Below the pieces are notes generated by a model. It was not told the DNA's origin and did not search any database. It was given only the letters and a program-made list of their open reading frames with translations. Made by a program: the position numbers and the translations under genes. DNA of 64,000 nt from the human T2T-CHM13v2.0 reference genome, Homo sapiens: the NCBI RefSeq assembly GCF_009914755.1, contig NC_060932.1, one strand, 5' to 3'. Shown piece after piece: positions 54,101 through 64,000 of the stretch; position 1 is the first letter of the stretch; each line of letters opens with the position of its first letter.

Positions 54101-55006
54101 TAATTGTGGTAATCCTAATATTCATATCTGAACACTATATTCTAAACCTTCCTCTTTTCACCTAAAAGCTGTTAAACTCCAAATAGTGCTGCAGATGGAA
54201 CCACACATGGACATGACTTTCTTTCAAGGACACTTTGATCAACCCCAGGATGAGCCTTAGCTACTGTTCCCTACACAGTGCTCCTCTCCAGCAGGAAGTA
54301 GTCAGAAAGAGTCATCATCCATCCTTCTCTAACAGCAATTAGGATTTCCACTCCTGAGGGGGAAATATGATATAGGAGGTAGAAATAAATTGTTTAGGCA
54401 GATAGTGAGTGGAAAACAGTCCTCCACAGAATTTCTTTTCTAACAAAAAGTGGCCCACAGCATTATTCTTTTTTTTCTAACAAAAAGCAGCCTGAAATAT
54501 CAAGCTACAAACTTAGATAAGCAAGCTGGAAGCTTACACTGGGGAATGACAACAGCTGCACCAATAGAAAAAGGCTACCTAGGGGCCAACCATGTCTAAT
54601 ATGGAGGCTCCATCTTCCCTTTTTTTATTACCATGTGTTCAGTAAGAAAAAAATAGGCAACATGGTGCCGCTCAGGCAGAGACCCACCTGCATAATAAAT
54701 GTTTAGGGTGGGAGGTACCAGAGATCGTGCCTTGTGAAAATAAAACACATGATCTAACCACTTTCTTTATGGCATATATAAATCACACACCACCTCTTCA
54801 CTAGCTCATCGATAAAATGCCAGGCATTTCACCATGGACCCAGCAACCCATTTTTCCAGCACAACTCCCTGCAGCAGAGGACTGTTCTCTTTCTCTTGCT
54901 ACTAAAATTCTGCTCCCAACCTCATGCTTTCTGTGTCAGTGTTTTTATTCTCCATGGCTGTAAGACAACAAATTTCGGTGTTACTCTAGACAATGAGGCT
55001 GCTTCA
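51136..55006 (+). mobile_element. ERV1 remnant (HUERS-P3/LTR9-MER61-like): RT-RNaseH-integrase, 3' LTR 54368-55006
   Basis: FTDGSSF, SAQFAELIALTRAL, YLLVWVDTFTNWIEAFP, LPKYLQSDN; PPT then TGATATAGGAG; many stops. Confidence 0.82.
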
Positions 55007-55622
55007 ACAGCAGACCCCAAATATAAAAATATTTTACCCTGACATATGTTTCTTTGATATATTTTGAAATGGCCCTGCAAAGCTGTCTTTTTGCATCTTT
55101 AGAACATTGCCATTAAAGCAGCCAGGCCGTCCCATTCTAGGACTTTCCCAGATCTAGGAGAGATTAAATGAGAAGCTGATGCTTTTAACATCTGAAAAGA
55201 TATATTTGCCACCTATACTCTATGAAGGCTGCTACCAATGAGGCTTCTTCTGCATAACAAGAAACTTGGCCTCCACAAACCCCCTTATCTTAACTCAAGC
55301 ATTCCTTTCTACTGACTTCAAGTCTCTTTAGACAAAGCTTAACTCTTTCAAACAATTGCCAATCAGAAAATCTTTGAATCCACCTATGACTTGTAGCCAT
55401 CCCCCTTGAAGATATCTCACCTCTAAACTTGAACCAATACATTCCTTCCATGTATTTATTTATGCTTTTATCCACAATTCATGTCTCCCTAAGATGTATA
55501 CAATCAAATTGTAACCCAATTACCTCAGGCACACTATCTCAGGACCTCTTGAGAGCTATAGTCACTCATATTGCCTCAGAATAAATCTCTTTAAATATTA
55601 TACAGAGTTTTTTTAATCAACA
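55007..55622 (+). mobile_element. MER4D/E-like LTR, 3' part
   Basis: ATATTTTGAAATGGCCCTGCAAAGCTGTC...CAGAATAAATCTCTTTAAATATTATACAGAGTTT..CAACA. Confidence 0.7.
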
Positions 55623-55824
55623 AGACTATTTTATAAGTCTTGTAAAATTATCTGGTTGTTTAAAACATGTACATGTATAACTGATAAAAATAAGAATATA
55701 ATTATCTAAAATATTACATTTATAGCACTATTCACCTATGCCAAAATTATAGCCTTCCTACAGAAATTAAAGTGATTCTTATTTTCCATATTGGAAAAAA
55801 AATGTTTCCACCAATTTCTGGATC

Positions 55825-56282
55825 TGTTAGCAATATAAGCTACAGACAAAACCCCTCAGACAACGAGTTAAAGAAGGAAGGGCTTTATTTGGCCGGGAGC
55901 ATTGGCAAGACTCATGTCCCAAAAACCGAGCTCTCCAAATGAGCAATTCCTGTCCCTCTTAAGGGCTTACAACTCTAAAGGGGTCTGCATGAGAGGGTCG
56001 TGATTGATTGAGCAAGCAGGGGGTACATGACTGGGGGCTGCATGCACCAGTAATTAGAACAGAACAGAACAGGACAGGGATTTTCACAGTGCTTTTCCAT
56101 ACAATGTCTGTAATCTATAGATAACCGATTAGGTCAGGGGTCAATCTTTAACTACCAGGCCCAGGGTGTGGCACCGGTCTGTCTGCCTGTGGATTTCATT
56201 TCTGCCTTTTAGTTTTTAGTTCTTTTTTCTTTGGAGGAAGAAATTGGGCATTAGACAATATGAGCGGTGGTCTCCTCCCTTA
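55825..56282 (-). mobile_element. LTR2 (HERV-E) solo LTR
   Basis: Minus strand begins TAAGGGAGGAGACCACC..CATATTGTCT; perfect 4-bp TSD GATC (55821-55824, 56283-56286). Confidence 0.85.
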
Positions 56283-57696
56283 GATCTAGTGGATGTTTGC
56301 CACCCAATTGACTTCTAAATCCTCTGTTTCTCCTTGCAGCCAATTTTCTTTACATAAGTAGACAAGGAATAGTAAACATGGGTAATTTTAAACAGAAATA
56401 ATATAATAACCTGTGGATAACAATGATAACATGGTGTCAACTGAAATTTCCTGGAAAATTTAAACACTCAAGAACATACATCACAGATTGTGTCCTGACA
56501 AATTTGTATCCTAACAAATTAAGAAAATCCAATCCACACTCTTAATATTGTTTAATTCCATGGCAAATGTTTCTAGACATAGAATGGGTAAAGAGAGAAA
56601 AAAAGAAACAACAGTTAAACCTTGAGCTGTGAACAGTGTTAAGTTGTATGCCATCCTGAATTTAAATATGCCAATGTGGAGGCTTTAGAATAGAAGAAGC
56701 CAAAGAAACTACCAAGTATAAAGCCCTCGTGATAGAATTCTAAAACCCAAAGTAATGAGTTGGTTTACTCATACTGATTTGATGAAAAACTAATTTTAAA
56801 ATAAAGCACATTCATTTTCTCTAGTTCTTCGTACAGAGATACACTTTAGGATTATAGACCAGTTTCATCCCAATAGAGAAGAAAGAGGTAGTGATTGATA
56901 TGGGGAAGCAGAATTCCCACCAAATTACAGGTTCTCAGGGTACAGTCATTTTTATCTGCCTGGTCAAAGGACAAAATTTCAGTAGAGGGTCCCAGTAGGG
57001 GCAGCGGCATGCGCTGACTGCATGTCCTGTTGCCTCAGACCATCCTGTTGAGCTGCCTCTGTAATCTTCTTACAGAGCCACCAAGCTGTGGTCCTGCCTT
57101 CTACCTGCACTGCTGGGCAACCAAGGGCAGGACCAGATTCTAGGGGAGGAATACCCAGGCAATGAAGGTCTGGAGCACTCCGTGTAAAAATAACACAAAT
57201 CCTTTAAAACAGCATATGTAAAATAAATCACAACATATATATTAAACATACAATGGTGCTGAAAATTTGCAATATTCTAGAGTTGTGAGGTTTTATCAAT
57301 TATCTAAGCTTTGTATTTAAAGCTTACAGGCCTTATTCTAAGAATGCTAAATCCAATGCTGGGAATCATTTAATTGTATCAAGCAGTAAACAAATAAATA
57401 AATTAATGGTCAGATTTGTTTAAAAATGTGTATCTCCTTGGATCACTGCTGACCAACCTAATCTCTTTCCTGCATTCCTGCATCCTGCCTGGCCTCAGCT
57501 GCCTCTCCCTTTCCTTGTCTTAGACGTCAACTCCAAGCCACCAGTTCTTAACTTTGCCTGCACTTTGGTATCCTCTGGTGATTTAAAAACATAGATATCT
57601 TGGTCCTGCTCCTGGAGATTTTGATTTGGTTGGTAACGGGTGTAATTCTTTTAAAACACCCCACGGTTTGTATGATGCAGCCCAAGTTGGAAACGA

Positions 57697-57783
57697 TGTC
57701 TTCCTTACACTGTCTGAGGACCTCAGTTCTGGTGTCTTCTTCACACCGACTGAGGACCTCGGTTCTGGTGTCTGCCTCGGCAC
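57697..57783. repeat. 36-bp tandem repeat, ~2.4 copies
   Basis: TGTCTTCYTYACACYGWCTGAGGACCTCRGTTCTGG twice plus a partial copy. Confidence 0.85.
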
Positions 57784-58765
57784 GGGCATCCCACCTGCTC
57801 CCCACCTGCTTTTCACCTCTATAATCCTCACCACCTTGTCAGGAGCTGCTCATTCTGGCCAGAAGCAGTCCTAATACAAGCTGCTTGTGTGCACGTTGGT
57901 GACACGTGCCAGCAGTGAGAGGTTCAGTCCCTCCATCCCAGATGTCTGAGAGACTGCTTTCGAATCGCTGCTTCCCATGCATTGAGCCACCTAGGAGGGT
58001 TTCATGTAACCACATACAATAGGGAGTTGTTCTTCTCCAGGACGGCCTCTCCTAGGGGGGACAATAGTCCATCTTCTCTCATGGTGGGCTTGTTCCTCCC
58101 TGTCCTCGCCCCATATCACCCTCACTCTTTTGAAGCAGAGACTATGTGTACGTTCTTTAAATTATGCTTGAAATCAGTCATTCTCGGAGTGAAAGCAGAT
58201 TTCTCTTGAGGATATGGCTATTTAGATTGCGCTACTGGCTTTGTCTCATAAAGAGAAACAGTTAAGGTTGTGCACATACCTGTTTCAGTTCCAGTATTAG
58301 GAAGACCATGCCGTCTTACCTGCAGGTCTGCTACCACCTCCTGGCCACTTTTAGAATAACAGCTTTTCAGCTCTTGCTAAGTAGCTTCTGTTTTTCTTGG
58401 ACATCATTACTTTATACTTTGCATTTCTTTCTCATTTTCCTTCCCCTCATATTCTCACCACTACTCTTCTAGACTTTGATTATACTATTTAATTGCTCTT
58501 ATAGACTCATATGGCAAAGCTGAGAATGTATTTTCATTATAGAGTTGGCCAAGTCAGAAAAACCAACTATACCAGTTATTTGGGATCACACACACATGAG
58601 CGCTCACACACAAACACACACGCTCTCACAAAAAGACAATTAGCCAATTGCACTTTGCTGCCAGTTAAGCCGGCACTTGGTATCCATAGGCAATGCACCA
58701 GCTGTTCCCACCATGCTTAAATCAGCCAGGCCAGCAGCATCCTCCACCTGGCCAGCATCCCCATG

Positions 58766-59147
58766 TGTATTATTTGTCTATTCTTGCATTGGTATAAAGA
58801 AATACCTGAGACTAGGTAGTTTCTAAAGTAAAGAGGTTTAATTGGCTCACAGTTCTGCGGGTTGTACAGGAAGTATAGTGGCTTCTGCTTCTAGGGAGGC
58901 CTCAGGAAACTTACAATCACGGTGGAAGGCAAAGGGGAAGCAAACACATTTTACATAGTGGTAGTAGAAAGGAAGAGAGAGAGGGGAGAGGTGCTACACC
59001 AGATCTCATGAGAACCCTATCATGAGAACAGCACTATAGGAATGGTGCTAAAGCATTAGAAGCTGCCTCCATGATCCAATCACCTCCCACAAAGACCCAT
59101 CTCCAGCATTGGGTCTTTCTTTCTCTTTCTTTTCTTTCTTCCTTTCT

Positions 59148-59203
<56 letters not shown>

Positions 59204-59530
59204 TGTTTCTTTCTCTTTCTTTTTTCTTTCTCTCTTCCTTTCTTTCTTTGAGAAAGATCTCCTGACCTCTTAGGCTTCAAGCAATCCTCCCAACTCAACC
59301 TCCCTGGTAATTGGGAGAACAAGTGCGCACCACCATGCCTGGGTAATTTTTTTTTTTTTTTTTTTTTGAGAGACGGGGTTTCATTTCCCTGTATTTCTTG
59401 CCCAGGCTTGCCTAGAACTACTGAGCTCTAATGATCCACCTGCCTCTGCCTCCCAAAGGGCTGAAATTACAGGTGTGACCCACCATGCCTTGTCCAGATT
59501 TGGGTGGGGACACAGATCCAAACCATATCT
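58766..59530 (-). mobile_element. MST (MSTA/B-like) LTR interrupted by an Alu
   Basis: TATAAAGAAATACCTGAGACT...GGGGACACAGATCCAAACCATATC. Confidence 0.8.
59114..59494 (-). mobile_element. AluJ-like, internally deleted, with (TTTC)n tail
   Basis: (CTTT)n 59114-59249, then degenerate antisense Alu. Confidence 0.8.
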
Positions 59531-60318
59531 CCATGGTAGCCATGGTTTCATGATCAAAAGAAGTATTAAATACCACAGCAAATACCATACCAGGATTAAA
59601 TACCATATTTGGTGAATGCCTACCTTTATCTTTTAAATCATTTCCATGATAGATATTAATTTCATTTTAAAGTTTTGTGATTATTATTGTTTATCAGTAG
59701 AAGCTAGCATTACTACTTTCCAATATGAAGAATGATTTATTTAAAAACACAAATTTAAGGAGATACTTTTACTTTTTAGCCTACATTTTTTTTCTCAGTA
59801 AAAGAGCATTTTGGGGCCCACTGACCTCTCATTTTATGCCACTGAACTATGTAACCACTCTAGATCATTGGTTTGGATTAGAGATGGTAAAAAATATTTT
59901 TTTCTAAAAGCAAAGTATGTCTTGGTACATATAAGGTTTATGTCATTCAGCAGATTTTGAGAAAGTAAATGCGAAATTAAAACACTTAATTCAATTTTCC
60001 TAGTTAACCAGATGATGGCAGCATATCCACATTTTATCAACTGTGAACACAAGGAAAGGGGACTCACCTCTACTTAGTACTGCTAAATACTAATTTCCTG
60101 TAATTATCCCCAAATAATTTCAGTTTTCAAAGTATTTTAGTACCAATACTGTAATGTTTTATATTGTAAACATAGAACTGAGTAAATACTGAGACGATAT
60201 CTTTAATTTGCCTGCAGGTGAGCTGCATTTTGATTCCATGGCTCCTTTCTTGGGCAATAACAGATCCATCAATTATTTTCTAGATTAGCAATATCCAATA
60301 GAACTTTCTATCATATAT

Positions 60319-60519
60319 CTGTGCTGTTCAATATGATAGCTACTAGGATCATAACCAAATGTGGCTATTGAGCACTTGAAATGTGTTGGTGCTACTACTA
60401 CTACTAGTATGTAGTACCACTAGTGCTACTGAGGAATTAAGTTTTAATTTAATTATTTGAATTAATTCAAATACATAGAGTCATGTATGATAGTAGCTAT
60501 TGTTACTGGAGAACACAGT
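60319..60519. mobile_element. MER3-like hAT-Charlie DNA transposon
   Basis: CTGTGCTGTTCAATATG...GTGGCTATTGAGCACTTGAAATGTG...GGAGAACACAG. Confidence 0.65.
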
Positions 60520-60649
60520 GCTAGTTGATACAGATGACTTACCCAACAAGTCAGCCTGTTTCTCAGACTGATTCATTGCTACTTTGTGGGTAAAACTTGC
60601 TTAATATAAGCATATCTAATCAGAGGCTATTAAAATTAACCTTTTAGTG

Positions 60650-61790
60650 GGAATTCCCAGTCTCATTCTTGACCCAACTCTTGATCAAATTCTCTCCAGT
60701 CCTACTAGTTCTTTCTAAGGCTTACGTCTCCAGTGCCACCCCTCAACCCATGTCTTCCTGATTCTTCTGTGAGCTGATGGATACTTTTTTTGTCCTATAA
60801 GACCTCCCATTCATGTTCCACCTTTGACCATGGGCCTCTATATTCCACACATTCTCCTGGATTATCCCACTTACTTCGTGGTTTTAATTTCTATCCCTGA
60901 GCTGCTGACTTCCAAATCTGTAGCAACAGCCTTGACCTTGGCAATACTTCTTACGGCCAGATCCAAAGTCTTCATGGACATCTTCATCTGGGAAGCTCCC
61001 ACATAAAATATCCATAAATAAGCTTACATTCCTCTAAGTCTACTTTTCCTGTAGGCTATATTTCCATTACAATCCATCAGTTACTGAAGTCAGATACTGA
61101 GTCAACCATCTCAAGTTTTTCTCCTTCACTTTCCCCACATTCTATTAATTTTAGCTCCTGATAATTTCCAAATCCATCTCCCATCACTCCATCCTTATGG
61201 CTATTGCCTTGTTCAGTCTTCGTCATCTCCCTCCTGCTGCAATGGTTCACTTGATGGCTTCCTTATTTTGTTTTGTCTGCCTCAAATCCTTTCTCCCCAC
61301 AGCCACATCTTTCTAAAGACGTCTTTGCCACTGAACACTCTCCCATGGCTCCTGCACTGCTTAAGGATTAAGACCAGAGCTCTTACACTGTTCACCATGA
61401 CCTGCTCAATGACCCAGCCTCAACCACCACCACTCCAGTCTCTCACTCTACCCTGTCACACTTTTAATGGCTTGTGACTCCCTGGACACACTGCTGTGTT
61501 TCCATCTCTCTTTTCATACTTCTGAGGTTTTATCCATTCTGCTCCATCCACTAGAAATAGTCTCTGCTCACCCTCCCTTCTATCCTAAGAAGGGCTAAGA
61601 ACTATTTATTCAGGCACAATTCAAGCAGCATTTCCTCTAGGAAACTTCCACTCATTTCCCCGACTAGACAAAATTACCTTACACAGCCTTTTTGCATATC
61701 TTTGTCATTGTAATTATAATTGTTGATTTTCTCTCTCAGCTGCTTGAATGCCAGGATTTTCTCTTATTCAATGATTGCAGGCAGTTGATG
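60650..61790. mobile_element. Degenerate L2
   Basis: L2-type pyrimidine-rich motifs; boundaries approximate. Confidence 0.5.
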
Positions 61791-62053
61791 CTCAAAATTT
61801 TTACCAAACTTTGGCATGAAATTCACATTGAATTGCAAGAGCTGTTTCTCCATTGTAGTAGGTGTATTTTAAAAGTACAGTGAGTGTACATAGAAGAAAA
61901 TTGTGACTAGCTCTGAATAGGACTTTCTATGTCCAAATTGTCCCAAACTCTCTACAGTAACTTGCCAATCATAATGGATTTTTTTTTTTTCACAAAATCA
62001 TCCCAAGTGGCCTGTAGCTCATCTCAAATACCTGCTTTGAAAATGAACATTCA

Positions 62054-64000
62054 GGGGGTGGTTCCAAGATGGCTGAATAAGAATAGCTCCAGTCTATAGC
62101 TCCCAGCGTGAGCGACACAGAAGACCGGTGATTTCTGCATTTCCAACTGAGGTACCAGGTTCATCTCACTGGGGCTTGTCGGACTGTGGGGGCAGGACAG
62201 TAGGTGCAGCCCACCGAGCGTGAGGCGAAGCAGGGCGAGGCATCGCCTCACTCGGGAAGTGGAAGGGGTCAGGGAATTCCCTTTCCTAGCCAAGGGAAGG
62301 GGCGACCGACAGCACCTGGAAAAGCGGGTCACTCCCACCCTAATACTGCGCTTTTCCAATGGTCTTAGCAAATGGCACACCAGGAGATCATATCCCACGC
62401 CTGGCTCAGAGGGTCCCACGCCCACAGAGCCTCTCTCATTGCTAGCACAGCAGTCTGAGATCAATCTGCAAGGCAGCAGCGAGGTGAGGGAGGGGCGCCC
62501 ACCGTTGCTGAGGCTTGAGTAGGTAAACAAAGCGGCCGAGAAGCTCGATCTAGGTGGAGCCCACCGCAGCTCAAGGAGGCCTACCTGCCTCTGTAGACTC
62601 CACCTTTGGGCCAGGGCATAGCCGAACAAAAGGCAGCAGAAACCTCTGCAGACTTAAATGTCTCTGTCTGACAGGTTTGAAGTGAGTAGTGGTTCTCCCA
62701 ACATGGAGTTTGAGATCTGAGAACAGACAGACTGCCTTCTCAAGTGGGTCCCTGACCCCCGAGTAGCCTAACTGGGAGGCACCCTCCAGTAGGGGCAGAC
62801 TGAAACCTTACATGGCTGGGTAACCCTCTGAGATGAAGCTTCCAGAGGAATGATCAGGCAGCAACATGTGCTGTTCAGCAATATTCATTGTTCTGCAGCC
62901 TCAGCTGCTGATACCCAGGCAAACAGGGTCTGGAGTGGACCTCCAGCAAACCCCAAAAGACCTGCAGCTGAGAGTCCTGACTGGTAGAAGGAAAATTAAC
63001 AAACAGAAAGGACATCCACACCAAAACCCCATCTGTACGTCACCATCATCAAAGACCAAAGGTAGATAAAACCACAAAGATGGGGAATAAACAGAGCAGA
63101 AAAGCCGAAAATTTTAAAAATCAGAGTCCCTCTCCCCCTCCAAAGGAACACAGCTCCTCACCAGCAACAGAACAAAGCTGGATGGAGAATGACTTTCACA
63201 AGTTGAGAGAAGAAGGCTTCAGAAGATCCAACTTCTCCGAGCTAAAGGAGGAAGTTCGAACCCATTGCAAAGAAGCTAAAAACCATGAAAAAAGACTGGA
63301 CGAATGGCTAACTAGAATAACGAATGTAGAGAAGTCCTTAAATGACCTGATGGAGCTGAAAAACATGGCATGAGAACTATGTGACGAATGCACAAGCTTC
63401 AGTAGCCGATTCAATAAACTGGAAGACAGAGTATCAGTGATGGAAGATCAAATGAGTGAAATGAAGTGAGAAGAGAAATTTAGGGAAAAAAGAGTAAAAA
63501 GAAACCAACAAAGCCTCCAAGAAATATGGGACTATGTGAATAGACCAAATCTATGTCTGATTGGTGTACCTGAAAGTGACGGGGAGAATGGAACCAAGTT
63601 GGAAAACACTCTGCAGGATATTATCCAGGAGAACTTCCCCAACCAGCAAGGTAGGCCAACATTCAAATTCAGGAAATACACACAACGCCACAAAGATACT
63701 CCTCAAGAAGAGCAACTCTAAGACACATAATTGTCAGATTCAACAAAGTTGAAATGAAGGAAAAAATGTTAAGGGCAGCCAGAGAGAAAGGTCGGGTTAC
63801 CCACAAAGGGAAGCCCATCAGACTAACAGCAGAACTCTCAGCAGAAACTCTACAAGCCAGAAGAGAGTGGGGCCAATATTCAACGTTCTTAAAGAAAAGA
63901 ATTTTCAACCCAGAATTTCATATCCAGCCAAACTAAGCTTCATAAGTGAAGGAGAAATAAAATACTTTACAGATAAGCAAATGCTGAGAGATTTTGTCAC
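62054..64000 (+). mobile_element. L1PA4-6-like LINE-1: 5'UTR plus disrupted ORF1 (ATG 63080), runs off the window
   Basis: GGGGGTGGTTCCAAGATGG start; ~1026-nt 5'UTR that includes the ~129-bp segment absent from the youngest L1s; ORF1 MGNKQSRKAEN... with TGA at 63371-63373. Confidence 0.92.

Noticed and set aside
57697-57783. 36-bp repeats as a CRISPR-like array
   Set aside because: Units are directly adjacent with no spacers, there are only ~2.4 copies, and the context is eukaryotic.

Overview
Primate (human-like) genomic DNA, AT-rich and repeat-dense. Bases ~1.1-22.8 kb hold, on the minus strand, exons 1-12 of an unprocessed duplicate of the ankyrin-repeat ion channel gene TRPA1, most likely TRPA2P/LOC392232; any further exons would lie left of the window. 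The copy is disabled by a TAG at codon 78 in exon 2, a frameshift in exon 3, 5-nt deletions in exons 7 and 9, and a TAG plus a lost splice donor in exon 9. It keeps a CpG-rich promoter and almost all splice sites. Divergence from TRPA1 (sequence recalled from memory) is strikingly patchy: exon 2 is about 52% aa identical while exons 11-12 show no aa differences, which suggests ongoing interlocus gene conversion. Intron 6 carries a 48-bp near-perfect hairpin. The upstream 41 kb is a transposon graveyard: two 5'UTR-bearing L1PA elements, two inverted HUERS-P3-like ERV1 remnants, a MER66-like ERV with env, a full-length THE1, MER50/MER4/LTR2/MST LTRs, Alus, L2 and DNA transposons. No intact protein-coding gene, RNA gene or CRISPR array was found. 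Repeat subfamily names and TRPA1 comparisons rely on recalled consensus sequences, not on a search.
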